From Isurus oxyrinchus (lineage: Eukaryota), in NCBI GenBank assembly GCA_026770705.1, contig JANJGN010000036.1, positions 2,418,001 through 2,482,000 of the forward strand: DNA of 64,000 nt, in the 5' to 3' direction. Numbering within the stretch: position 1 is the stretch's first letter; each line of letters starts with the position of its first letter. The translations under genes and the position numbers were made by a program. Under the pieces are notes generated by a model, which saw only the letters and a program-made list of their open reading frames with translations, did not search any database and was not told the DNA's origin. Positions 27,201 to 39,659 of this stretch are shown one piece after another.

Positions 27201-28369
27201 TTTTTATATCTAAAGTTGACCTTATCTTCACATACCTGTCACCAAATCAATACTAAAATACAAATATTTCACAGCTGGACTCACACAGCACAGACAGCAA
27301 TGAATGTTACATTTTGGAAATGCTGTTAATGTTGTTAAACATCACTGCCTTTTCTGTAAGAACCATTTTGAAATGTCTATAACGTTTCTTTTATTGTATT
27401 GAAGCACCTCAGAGTGCTACATGATTTAAGTAGAAAAACTGAATATCATTGCACTTTCTGAAATGTTTTGTAATCTTGCAAATATTTTATGAATAAAGAA
27501 TAATTTTGCAAAAAAAAGTTTCTATGTGAGTGTTTCTGAGATTCAATGTATCTATTTATGATTTAAGATGGTATGATAGAATGCTTGCTGAAATACCATA
27601 AAGCTACAAACAGCGGACAGTGGATGTTGAAAGAGAGTTGAGGGTCCATACATTTTTGCGCGGGGCAGCTGTACTCAAATGATACCAGGAAGGGGTAAAT
27701 TACAAAGTGGGATTACACAAGGTCGGAATATATTCCCTGGAATTTAGAAAGATCAGAGGTGATTTCATCCTGCACTTCAACACGCTTGGGTCGGAGAAGT
27801 TTAGTACTGTATTCCACAAGTGTTGATTGATGCTCAGACAATTGTTAATTTTTAAATATAATATTGAACTAAATTTATTCTGTCACTCTCTGTCCCCTGG
27901 TGTGTGTGTGTGTGTGTGTGTGTTTCACTCCCCATTCTCTGAATCTCTGTAAATCTCCACATACATCGATCAGACATTTTGTGTTTGTTTATGGTGGCCA
28001 TTTTCTCCCTAAAGCTCTGTATATTCACAGCAAATCAGAAAGTTTCGATCCCAGGGTTAGAACAGTAAAGCTGTGCATGTAGGTGATTATGAGAGTGTCT
28101 AGCAAAGGGTAGATTGATAAAGGTGTGTGTGTGATTCTGATATTATCCAGCAGGGGTATGGAACAGTGAAGGTGAGTGGGGTAAACCAGCGCTCTACTGT
28201 AGGTTGATATAAACTGTGTTTTAAACATTTTTTGCCTGGGGAAATTTGCACCAGTGCCCCCATTGTTGTGTCCGGTCCTTATTAACCTGATTAATATTGA
28301 AAATGATGTGTCAACCTGTACCACCCTTTCGCTGCAGGCGACTTAGTTGTTGGGGAAGCAATGTGGGCT

Positions 28370-28700
28370 CATTTTCCCACAATCCCCCGCGGCGGGGAAC
28401 GTCATCTATCAGTTACACGGGCCGCGCTGCACTCTGGGAGGGAGAGACCAGCGCACAAGCGCAGCTCCGCTCCCCACTGCACGTACTGCTTTTTATTTAT
28501 TATTAATAATCATTATTTATTGTTAACAATAATGATCACATACCGGCCGGCTCAGAATCCCAGTTCCCGGCTCATCGTGAAGAGTCGCTTTTTCCTTTTC
28601 GCTTTACTATTTAAAGGGGAGGAGCCGTCGGTGACGTCAGGCCAACATGGCGGAGAAAGCACCGCCCCCTCAGCTGTTGGAAAGAGCAGCAGCCGGGCCG
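28370..28700 (+). promoter_or_regulatory. CpG-rich housekeeping-type promoter-like element with no identified gene
   Basis: Two ZNF143/Staf-like sites (ttcccacaatcccccgcg; ctgcactctgggag), NRF1-like gcgcacaagcgc, TATTTAAA near 28608, CRE TGACGTCA at 28632-28639, YY1/Kozak-like caacatggcgg at 28643-28653. Confidence 0.55.
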
Positions 28701-29214
28701 GGTGTGGTTTAGAGATGTCCAAGGGATGAGCAGCCGGTGGAACAGCAGGTCTTGAGGAGAGTGAGACCGGCCCCTAGCGGACAGAAGTGGAAACAGCAGC
28801 AGAAACTCTCTCTTCGCAAAGGCTCCAGTTCAGTTGTTAGAGGCTCTGGGAACCTCTTCAAATATAAATTTCAGCTTCTAAATCCATCACCAACAAGAAC
28901 CATTCCCTCTGCAGAGCAGCTTTACTCTCCATTCCCAGCCTGTATTCCACCTTGTTCGCAACAACTGTGCTTCCAGATACTTTACACCCTGAGATATTTA
29001 CAGCAAAAACTAGTCCTGGATCACATTTAATAATTGTTTTGGGGTCAGAATTCAGTCATATCATCAATTACATTCCCAACTTGGGCTATGGGGATATATT
29101 TGTATTGTCTCATTTCACAAGAAAAAACAACGAGATTTTCAACTCTGCTTATGTTATTCTTTTAGTAACTTACCTGGGTTGACTCGACTGAGATTGACAT
29201 TAACCCTCCCTGCT

Positions 29215-29217
<3 letters not shown>

Positions 29218-29251
<34 letters not shown>

Positions 29252-29662
29252 GGTGTGCGGGTGTGTATGTGTGAATGTGCCTATAGGTGTGAGGGTATGC
29301 GTTTGTATGAGTGTATGCCCGAATGTGTTTATGACTGTGTGTACCAGTGAGTGTCTGTGTATCTGATTGTGGATGAGTGTGTCTGTGTATGCGACTGTAA
29401 GTGTGCAAGTGAGTGTGTGTCTGTGTGAGAAAGTATGTGTTTCTTTATACATGTGGGTGACTGTGTTTTGTGTGTGTGTGTCTTTGTATGCAAGTGCATG
29501 TTTGCTTGTCTGTGTGTGTCTGCAAGACTGAGTGTGTGTGTATGAACATGGCTGAGTGTGTGTGAGGTTGTCTGTGTATGCGAGTGTGTACTTATGATTG
29601 TGGGTGAGAGTGTATATGTGCTCGGCTATGCGAGTGTGTGCGTGATTGAGTGTGTCTGTGTG
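29218..29662 (+). repeat. (TG)n microsatellite and degenerate TG-rich tract
   Basis: Perfect TG run followed by about 400 bp of interrupted TG repeats. Confidence 0.9.
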
Positions 29663-31216
29663 AGATTGATATTATAAAGCAGCAGCACATGCCACCTTTG
29701 GAACAGAATCACTTTACCCACCCTGTGCCCAGTTTCTGTTTACAGTATACAGAAATAACTAAGATATCATTCGGCCTCTGTGTGGTTATTGTGGTTTGGG
29801 GAAGGGTCACCAGTTTCACCAGAGTCAACACTGCTTTATGAAAGTTAAAGTTTCTTCGTTGGAGCTTTTTTGATGTTTGTGGCTGGCAGGGAAAATAAGG
29901 GGCAAGAGTGGAGTTATTGCATTTGGATTGCAAATCAGCTGGCCTCTCTCTGTGTCACCGAAACCTACAGGGGTTCAGATCAAGAGATGAAAAATAGGAA
30001 AAGATTGCAGAGCTCTCCACTTCAGGGGCAGCACGGACACAATGTGAATAAAGGCTGCAAGGAAGTGAACATAAATTCTCTCACACATTTTCTTTGTGTT
30101 TTCAATTAGTTTTTTTTTTTCCTAGGGCAAAGAATCTGTGTGATAAATTGAGAAAACTATCTTGGAAACATAATTAACAAAAACCTTTAGCAAAATCCAA
30201 CGTGTCGTCTGGTTAAAGATTGACAATGTATTGTAGAGGAGTTACAGAGTACAGCAAAGTTTATCTCTCCCATTCTGAATGAGATTACAGTCTGATAACT
30301 GAACCAAACGTGCACATTGCAGTCTGAAATAATTCCCAACTACCATCGCTAGACAATATTTCCAATGGGGAATGAGCAGAGAGCTCATGCAAAGGTCAGG
30401 TAGTAAAAAAGGCGAATACACCACCCGAGCGAACTGTGCACCCGGATTGAAACTTCAATCCCTTACACTATTGGTCAATATTCACTCTTCATCAGTCTGT
30501 TTCCAGATGCAGCCACGCAGCAGCTGAACTTCTCTGAGACTGCCAAAGCGCAGCACCTGTAGTGGGGGTGAGCAGCCAGCAGAGGGTGGGCTTGTATCAC
30601 TTTAATCACAAGACAGTGAAACTGGTTTGAGAAGACGCCTTTTAAAATTCATTCCTTCATCAAACGATAACAAGAGACAAAACACTGACAAACGATGCGA
30701 GTCCAGGCTGCATCACTGCCTGTGCAGAGGAAGACAGAAATCCCAATCAAAACACCTGGTACCCTGTAGAATACACAATGAACACCGTGCATAAGGAGAT
30801 GAAACTGTTCAGAAATCTCTCATGTGTCACAATCCGAGGCCTCGTTTCAGTTTGACATCCTGATTGCCATAAATGTGTGAGCAAACGTTCCAGGGTAAAA
30901 CAATTAATAAATCTATCAGTGAACCGCTGGCTCCAGCGCTCTGAACCACATCCCAACTCTTCCTATTTTGGGTTCTAATTGGGGCATCTTGGTGAAAGTG
31001 ACACCGAGCTCACTGCGCGCAGTGGGAGCATTGACCAAATAAAAATAACTGAACAGAATCTCAACACAATGACATCCCTGCAGCTGGGAAACAATTGTAG
31101 AATTATCCAAACAAACTAGCTGACAAGAGTCTAAAGATTTATTCTCCATTTATATTGCATGTCTGTTATATTGTATAGTGTCACATGGAAAAGGTCGGTT
31201 TTCTTCTTTACGGAGC

Positions 31217-33751
31217 TCAATTGTTTTTATTCTTAACAAATTTAACAATCACCAGAATCGGATATATCAACACGCTCTTGAACTGTTCTCTGAACCTGCT
31301 CTGGATCACTCCATAAATAAAGGTGTTTGTGCAGGAACTTAAATTCAGCAGCATAAACCTGATATGCTCAAAAGAGTAATCTAAGAGAGTTGTTCCTTCT
31401 ATGTTATAATATAAGAATTCTGCAACAAATGGCAGCCACATGAGAAAGAAGCTGCCTAAAATTGTGAAGAGTAAAATAACGGACTTCCTTCTGCTCTTCA
31501 TTTCTGGGTCACTGCGGCTCTCTCCATTGTTCTGACCCCTCAGAGCCTTACAGACTCTGCTGGCTACTAATATGTGTCTGACTGTAAGAATATTAAGCAG
31601 TAATATTAGAACACATGGGAGAAATGGTGCTAACATTATATCAAACCAGTCCAAAGCCATCCAACCAAGCTCAATAAAAAGTTTGGCTTAACAGAACAAA
31701 ACCAGGGCGTATTCTCAATTATCTCCACAGGTTCATATATAAAGTACCAAGCAGCGCTTTTTAAACTCATCAGAATGCACGTCATTGCTATAATTATAGA
31801 CACAGTTTCCTTTGTGCAATATTTTGTTCTCTGCTTTTGGCAAAAGATGGCGATGAAACGATCAAACGAGAAACTAATGGTTAACCAAACTGAGCTCGAT
31901 GCATGAGTCAGAACAGCGATAGCACTGCACACATGGGTAAGGGAGAGTAAAGACCCAGGTATAGTTAATAACCCACCGAAATAATATGATTTCATTCATA
32001 CTAACCAGTAGATCCGTCACCACCTTTGCCAGCATGTAGCTAGTGATACATTTGGAAAGACCACACTTTCCCCGGGTCAGTGTCACCATTGCACCATAAC
32101 TGTAAAAGAGAATGAGAGAGAAGTTGGGGGGAGGAGAGAGAAATGATACAGGAAGTTAATGATACATCTCAACAGCGAATTCTAAAAACCTGATTCTAAA
32201 AATATTGCGTTTGACTTTGGGGAGATTTCAGTCTTTCCATCCAAGTTTATAAAAGCACACTGAGGTAGATCATTCAGAAAGATTAGAAACAAAACTCTGA
32301 GTCTCTCAGATTCCTGTTTCATTCTCAATTACTGGCTGGTCTCTTCAACCTAAGACCACGCCTCAAACTAATTCTTCAAACTAATGAACATGGAGATTGT
32401 TCAGATAATTTCAGAATGTAGTGAAATGCATTTAAATGTATTATGTTGCATTTTAGTAAGAAACCGTTGAAGTAATATTATTAGTATCATGGAGAACAAA
32501 AGTGGTCCTTGATCACTTTAGAAAAAAATCACTAAATTTGGAGGTCCATGTTCATAAATACATTACACGTATAAAGAGCACCATCTGGAATGATATATTT
32601 GGAAAGATACAATTGAAAAGAGGGAAATATATGTTAAAGCTGCTGACGAATCTTGGTTAGACGACATGCGGAGTGCTGCTTGCATATGGGCGCTTTGGAG
32701 AAGCAGCAAAAATGATTCATAAGGAAATGAATGATTATTTCTATCGTGAAGGAATTAACCGACTGTTTTCCTTTCTCGAATATAAGCGGCTAGAGATGAC
32801 CTAACCAAAGAATTCAGTTGGAGAAACTATGATTGTTTCAGTGAAGAAAGTCTATTGTGGAAAGCTTTCTTGGAGATTGACAAAATTGTGTTAGGAATAG
32901 ACATGTGAGGCAATGGGAATTCAGCCCTTATTGACAGAGGTACAAAGACTACTTCATGCTGTGAGTGGTAATGACCTGGAACTCACATTCCAAGGATGGT
33001 GGCAGCGGAGAGAATGAATTATTACAAAAAGACATTCACTGAGGCAAATAATCTGACAGGCAAACACCGGAGTCAGGGTTTTACATGCGTTACTCTAATA
33101 TAACGGGTATGCTCTCCATGGTCGAATGACCTTCTTCCGTGTTTTAATAATTCTATGGGTCTATGACTCTGGGAGACACCTGGACCTGTGTCAGATACGC
33201 ATATAATAAAATAAGATTTCATCCGGGGTATAAACCCTAAACACACTGAATGCCCAATTAAACTGAATACCATGATTTGGGAGAGATTCCTGATCTCGGC
33301 TTCGTAACACTGAGACCGTGTGATTTTCAATTAACTATCGCTGGAAGCATATTTGTGAAGAAATTTTTCAGAACTGCTGCGTTGCTCAATATGAAACCGC
33401 GTTAGCCCCTGATAATTGTCAGATAATTGTTCCTCTGCCAGGATTTTGTTCCCAGTGCATTTAATATCGAGGCTAATCCAGTTGCATCATCAGAGTTGGA
33501 AATACACAGATAATTTCAAATCTTATGGGGAGATTAAAAGAGCGAAGAAGAGCGTTAATTCCTTTCATCTTGCACCAACTGAACAGAGCAAAGAGCTGAG
33601 AGGGGAAAAATGAGGCGACAGAAATATTGCCACTTGCATCAGCACAATTATACATCATTAACAGATGAAATAAAAACTCACCAGGAACTCCAACTGCTGC
33701 GAGACAAGGATAGTAAATGTGCTCTATCGGAAGAATGGATGCATATCCCAT
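31217..33751 (-). pseudogene. GPR139-like class A GPCR pseudogene (shark-expanded family); exon 1 33751-33682, exon 2 32099-31217
   Basis: Exon 1 MGYASILPIEHIYYPCLAAVGVP-G|GTGAG. Exon 2 motifs RGKCGLSKCITSYM, SSVWLTISFSFDRFIAIFCQKQRTKYCT, PFLPCVLILLLNILTVRHILVASR, DPEMKSRRKS, LSSCTNTFIYG are split over three reading frames (ORFs 31874-32089, 31636-31995, 31217-31660), with a further frameshift at the exon-2 start. Confidence 0.9.
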
Positions 33752-34389
33752 GGTTGAGAAACACTGAAGCCGGTTGTGCTGAATCCACAGCTCCAATGGG
33801 CGCGCCGAGATTCAGCATTTGAAGAAGCCTTGATTTAAAGACATCTTAAACCTGCTCTGGTCCGGCTAATCCCCAGATCATTGCTATTAGATACACTCAC
33901 ATAAACAAACAATTTGCATCAGAAGCTTTGATTGCAATGCGAATAACAATGTCGTGCCAAACACAAACATCTCCAGCTGCAGGTTGTTATTTTTAGAAAC
34001 CATTTAGTTGGAATCGCGCTAAAAAACTAAGCCTGCAGAGTCGATCCAACAATAATTAATCAATCGCTTTGGCATTCATTCTGTGAAGCCCCTTCTCTCC
34101 TGCGGGCACATTGTTAAATGTTAATGATCACTTCGCAAATTGTACATTGTGCCCAGGGATCTGTTCCACTGCTTCCACGTCAAGATGCAACGTCTCAGAC
34201 CCTGACCCGAGGTCCATTGAAGGCCTGGTCCATGAACGTAGTCTAGAAATTACTGCGATTGATGCCAGGACGAGAACAATGAACACATTCTGTTGACATT
34301 CCTCTCTCCGTCACATCCCTGCTGCTTCCACATTAGCTCAAATTTCCGGGACGATTGGGACTGTGATACCACATGACTGCATTCCTCGG

Positions 34390-35230
34390 GTTCAATCATT
34401 GTCGAACGCTTTTCACCCTTCCTCCTGCTCTCTTTGTGGCATCAGCAAATTTACCAACCATACCTTCAGCCCCTCCATTAAAGTCATTTATATAAACTGG
34501 AAAATGTTGAGTCCCGTGTACTGATCGCTGTAGCAAACAGCTCGCTAGAACCTTCCAACCAGCAAATAAATACCCATTTATGGCTATCCTCTGTTTCTGG
34601 TTAGCCTGATAATCCGCTAGCCATGTCCATATGTCACACCATCCGCCATGAGCTTTTAACTGTCGCAATAACCTGTGATGTGGCAGCTTATCAAATGCCT
34701 TCTGCCAATCCTAGTTCAGTATATTTACCAGTTCCCTTTGATCCACAGCACATGCAACTCCTTCAAAGAACTCCATTAAATTGATTAGACATCATTTCCC
34801 TCTCACAAACCCATGCTGACTGTGTGGAATTGCAATGAAGTTTCCTCAGCGTCCTGCCATCACATATTCAATAATATATACCCACATTTTCCCACTGACA
34901 AATGTTAAGCTATGTGGCCTGTAGTTTCCTACTTTCTGTCTCCTTCCCTTTTTGAATAAAATCCTTGCATTTGCTGTTTTCCAATCTCATGACACCTTCC
35001 CTGATTCCAGGGAATTTTGACAAATTAAAACCAAAGCAACAACTATCCCGCTAGCCACTTCTTTAAAGACCCGAGTTTGAAGTCCATCAGGACCCGGGGA
35101 TTTGTCAAGTCACAGGGCCAACAATTTGATTACTAACACTTCGCTAGTGATTGCTGTATACTTGAGTTCATCTCTCCCTCCCAAATCCTGATTTACAGTT
35201 ATTTCTGGGATTTACTTATCGGGAGAAGTG
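34390..35230 (-). mobile_element. CR1 ORF2 (RT) fragment
   Basis: Minus-strand peptide ...YINDF...MVGKFADATK; upstream sequence resembles QHG..RGK.CL.NL.EF. Confidence 0.8.
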
Positions 35231-35239
35231 ATGCAAAAT

Positions 35240-35850
35240 GTGGACATGGACTCCTTCAGTGTTTGCGGAGTTGCGAATGGTGCTGAACATTTTGTAATCA
35301 CCAGTGAACATCCCCACTTTTGATCTTAGGCTGGACGCAGGGTCACCAAAGAAGCAGCTGAAGATGTTTTGGCCTAGGAGATTACCCTGAGTAACTCTTA
35401 AAATTATGTCTTCAAATTGAGATGATTAAACTACAACAACCACAAGCATCTTCCTTTATTTTAAGCATGACTCCACACAGCGGAGAGTTTTCCGCCTGAT
35501 TCCCATTAATTCCAGTTTTGCCGGGGCTCATTAATGCCACAGAACATCAAATGCTACTTTAATTTCAAAAGCAGTCGCTCTCACCTCACCACTGGAGTTC
35601 ATTTCTTCTGCCAATGTTTGAACCTAGGCTGTAGTAAGGTCAAAAGTTGAGTGACCATGGCGGAACACAAATTGAAAGTCAGTGAGCAGGGTATTGATAA
35701 GCAGTGCCGCTTCATAGCACTGCTGATGACCCCATTGCATCGCTTTACTGATGATGGAGAGTACAAAGATAGGGCGGTAAATGGCCGGTTGTATGTGAAC
35801 TGTATTTCGTATACATGACGTACATGAGCAATGTTCCACATTGGCAGAGA
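35240..35850 (-). mobile_element. LINE reverse-transcriptase fragment of a second family
   Basis: Minus strand ctcagggtaatctcctaggccaaaacatcttcagctgcttc (PQG.LLG...FSCF) and YRPIFVLSIISKAM...LLTDFQF.FRHGHST.DL. Confidence 0.7.
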
Positions 35851-36634
35851 ATGATACAGCCCAAAATGAGGCCATTCAGCACATTGTGTCTGTGCTGCCT
35901 CTTTGGAAAAGTGCCACTGTCACGCGACTCTGAGAATGGAAAACCCTCCTCACTCTCCTCTGAAATGAGACACCTCTCATTATGAAGCTGTGCTGGCAAA
36001 TTCTAGATTGGCCCCACAACGAGCAGATCTGCTCGATCCCTCTCAGAATGCTACATGCTTCCATAAGATCTGGTCGATCCCTCTCAGAACGCCAAATGCT
36101 TCAATAAGATCACCTCTCATTCTTCTAAATCCGATATTTGTGGCTCCATCCGGCTCAAAGTGTTCTGCAAAACACCCCTTCATCTCACTGAGCCTTCACA
36201 GAACTGACTCCCATGTGAGTCGTACACATGTACATATAAACATACACATACACACACACTCACATACTGAGTAGTACGCACTCAGATAAATACAAATACA
36301 TCAAAAAGGACAAAGGCAGCATGGGAACACCACCACCTGCACTTCCCCTCCAAGTCACACATCGTCCTGAGCTGCAATGAGATCGCCGTTACTTCCCGGT
36401 CGTTGGATCAAAATCCTGAAACTCTCTTCCAAACAGCACTGTGGGCGCACCTACATTACATGGACTGCAGTGGGTCAAGGAGATGGCACATCACCAGCTT
36501 CTCAAGAGGAATTAAGGATAGGCAACAAACAGTGGCCTGGCAAGGAACGTTCACACCTCATCAATAAATAAAACATGCATATACACACAGATACACTCTC
36601 ACTTATGTACAAACAAGGGCAACAAGGCACACAG

Positions 36635-37218
36635 ATGAACACGGACATATACAGAGATATAACTGCATACTCAAATCTTGTATAACACTGCAAAATGTGG
36701 CTTCCTCTAACAAACAGAACCGGGAGGGATAACACTCTAGATCAGTGTCTGTTGAAGGAATTACTCCCTGATACTTACCTGACCGTTCTATTATTAGATG
36801 TCAATGCGGTTTCCAGTTAGAACGATAATGGGGACCGGATGCAAATAAAGGTGATGATTACAGACTAATGTCCTCTGTTAACAGGGAGACATATCCCTTG
36901 CAATCTGGAGCTAAATACAGAGAAAGGTGTCGAACAAACATTGCTGGTTAAAAATCTAACAATGAGAGATAATTTCAATGAATCATATAGGATTCTGAGG
37001 GAACTTTGATAGGGTACATGTTGAGAGACTGTTTGCCCTCGTGGGGAATCTGGAACTAGTGTCTACAGCTTCAGAAATTGCGTTTTCTCAATTCCGACTG
37101 AGATGAGATGTTTCTTCTCTCCGATTGATTTTTGAATTGTCCTGCCCAGAGAACAGTTGAAGCTGGGTCAGTGAACCAGCTGAAATCTGAGTCAGACAGG
37201 GTTTTCATTGACAAGGTC
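36635..37218 (+). repeat. ~580-bp dispersed direct repeat, copy 1 (copy 2 at ~43223-43800)
   Basis: Both copies start atgaacacggac(a/g)tatacagagatataactgcatac and end ttgacaaggt; the 3' part is a CR1 fragment. Confidence 0.9.
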
Positions 37219-37319
37219 GTCCTGAAATAAGAATTCGTGACTCGACAAACCTGACGCCCGGCATCAAGTCAATGGGGGTAAATGGCTTGATTTCTGGGTT
37301 AAAGCGACACTGGGAATCG

Positions 37320-37756
37320 GATCCCTTCCTCCACCCGCACCACAACCCCTCCCCCCAACACCACACGCCGCCCCCTCCCCCTCCCCAATCCCGCACACCC
37401 CTCCCCACCTCCATCCGAGCGGCGGAAATGATAAATCGACGAGCGTTGTGCAAATTCGTCGTTTAATTTTGGACTCCAAACCCCGCCTCCCACACATGTT
37501 AAAATGCGAATTGTGTCCTATTGCTCTTTGCAGGCAGGACCTGTGTGTGGGAGCTGAGCGACTACAGAGGAAGCTCAGAGTCACCGTTTACCTCCTGCTG
37601 CATTTTCCATCCGCCTGTGTTTAAAAGGCAGCGCCTAATTTCCGCGGCTCCGCATTTCACTGTTTCACCCGGTTCCCCATCTGGATTGAGGTTCCCGACC
37701 CCGCAGAGGAATAAGGGACGAACTCACAACTTCAGCCACAGCCTCGGCCGCCGACA
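37320..37756 (+). promoter_or_regulatory. Putative promoter/5' UTR of VJ-C1 gene A
   Basis: CpG-enriched; RUNX-type ACCACA at 37339 and 37360, ETS-type CGGAAAT at 37423, TTTAAAA near 37620; no proximal octamer. Confidence 0.45.
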
Positions 37757-37799
37757 ATGGGCGTCATCACTCTCTGCGCCCTGCTCCACCTCTTCCCAG
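37757..37799 (+). CDS. VJ-C1 receptor gene A exon 1: signal peptide (MGVITLCALLHLFP-G)
   Basis: acaATGg context, 43 nt, phase-1 donor G|GTTAG; same length and LLHLFP-G ending as the gene B leader. Confidence 0.88.
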
Positions 37800-38422
37800 G
37801 TTAGATTTCCTTACTCCTGATGAGCGGGGGGACCCCAGGGGAAGCTCGCTGAGGAATGTCAGGAGGGTGAGGAGGCGACGCCGCCGCTTTCTGGAATATT
37901 CCTCCTCTGCCGAGGTAATGAATGGTCTAAAGGTCAGAACTCCAGGTAAATCGAAATGTCCCACATCTCATGGCTGCAAATGTGAAAAGGACAGGACAGC
38001 CCTGACTGCGCCCCGGACCGAGACTTATCCCTTCACCCAGCAGTCTGTCTGATTATTACCACGGTGCTATTTCTGGGATCTTGCTGTGCGCTAACTTTTC
38101 GCCGCATTTCCGAGAATGCAAGAGTGACCGCCCTTGAAAAAGTAATTCATGTGAAAAGCCTTTATCTCCTTCCTATACCTTTCTTTTTCTCTCAATCTCT
38201 TTCTTTTTTTCTTTGTTTCTTTGTTCCTTCCTCTCTTCCTCCAAGTCCGATCTCAAATTTAACCCTCAGCGCTTTATCCCGGCTACAGGTCAGGAACTGG
38301 CGATCCTTCCTGACAGAATGTCCCTGTCACCAGGTGACAGGCGGAATGTCTCATTGGTATAAAACAGGTTTTATGTTTCCCTGACATAACAGGATGTCTT
38401 GTGATGTGTTCTGTCCCCTCAG

Positions 38423-38761
38423 TGACCGTCTCTCAGGCCGCGTTCCCGCAAACTCCGGCAACTCAGACCGTCTCGGTGGGCAGTAGCTTCAAGGTGCATT
38501 GCCACACAGGCTGGTTATCAAGTGGAGCTGTTTACTGGTATAAACAGCAACACCGAGAACACCTGCAGTTCGTTCACATGGTGAGAAAGCACATCCCTGC
38601 AGAGGGAAGGTTTTCAGGAGAAATCAACGACAAATCGACCATTTACTCCCTGGTGATCGAGGAGGTCCAGAGAAATGACTCGGGTGTTTATTACTGCGCA
38701 GCCCGGAAAACCCATGGAATCTCCCTGGTCTTCGGGACCGGTTCCAAATTGTTCACCACAG
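38423..38761 (+). CDS. VJ-C1 receptor gene A exon 2: fused V-J Ig domain, no RSS
   Basis: ccctcag| ... G|GTAAA, 339 nt, phase 1-1. VTVSQAAFPQTP...FKVHC...VYWYKQ...RFSG...YSLVIEEVQRNDSGVYYCAARKTHGISLVFGTGSKLFTT; FGxG J motif is in the same exon. Confidence 0.95.
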
Positions 38762-38824
38762 GTAAAAATAAAAAGAGAAATGAGATTGTTTACTCGCTTT
38801 ATCACTGTTTTTTCCTTCGATCAC

Positions 38825-39155
38825 GGGATGTGGGTGTCTCTGGCTCGGCAAAGCATTTATTACCCATCCCTAATTACCCTTGTTCAGGAGGCATTTAAGA
38901 GAAAGTGTGGATCTGGAGTCAGATGTAGGGTCAGACCGGGTAAGGGCGGCAGATTTCCTTCCCTAAAGGGCATTAGTGAACCAGATGGGTGTTATTTTCT
39001 TAATGATGACAATCGATTCCTGGTCATCATTAGACTTTTAATTCCAGATACTTATTCCGTTCGAATTCCTCCCTCTGCCGGAGGTGCGATTCGAAGCCGG
39101 GTCCCCAGAGCATTACTCACTCTCGAGATTACCCCAGCACAGTGAAAACACCACT
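38825..39155 (-). mobile_element. Shark tRNA-type SINE (same family as 42055-42510)
   Basis: Reverse complement shares tggagtcacatgtagg.cagacc...ggcagatttccttccctaaagg.cattagtg with the 42.3-42.5 kb copy. Confidence 0.7.
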
Positions 39156-39235
39156 CCGCACCGTGTCCCCCAAACTACCAATAACCAGGAATTCATGGTG
39201 AATAATAATTATATCTTACGTTCCAAACTCTCCAG

Positions 39236-39538
39236 GTACGCCGACAATATTCCTCTTAGCTCCGCCGGTGGATGAAGCTGTTGGGATGAAGACTGTCCCA
39301 TTGATGTGTTTGGTGACCAACGCGGCCTCTGTTACCCTTCCCGTCCGCTGGAATGTTTCCACGTGGGAGACCGAGGGATGGACGGATTCTGGAACAATCG
39401 ACTCCAAAGGGGCGTACAATATAAGAAGCCTCATCAGGGTCCCGCCAGGGACGTGCAGCGGGAGCGGGTTCTGCACTTGCTCTGTTCAAATCACCTCCAC
39501 TCAAAGTCTCATCAGTGAAAGGTTCTCATATCAGAGAG
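39236..39538 (+). CDS. VJ-C1 receptor gene A exon 3: C1-type Ig domain
   Basis: ctccag| ... G|GTAAT, 303 nt, phase 1-1. GTPTIFLLAPPVDE...VPLMCLV...VRWNVS...DSKGAYNIRSLIRV...FCTCSV; the PTIFLLAPP, LxCLV and GxY...S.L pattern is typical of Ig/TCR C1 domains. Confidence 0.92.
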
Positions 39539-39659
39539 GTAATTATTGAAAATATCCCTGTACTGGTATATTTAATTGCTGATGTGAGATTTAATTGTTC
39601 GCTAATACCGCATTTATTTTAATAGTCGTTCCCTTTCCCTGTGTATGGACACAGGCACA

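Noticed and set aside
38401-38898. 165-aa ORF as a single-exon secreted V protein
   Set aside because: It has clear splice sites at 38423 and 38761; the C-terminal extension is intron and SINE.
39138-39176. CACAGTG + 23 bp + CCCCAAACT in the VJ-C1 intron of gene A as a relic RSS
   Set aside because: It lies in the head of a SINE, the nonamer is poor, and it is about 380 bp from the coding end.
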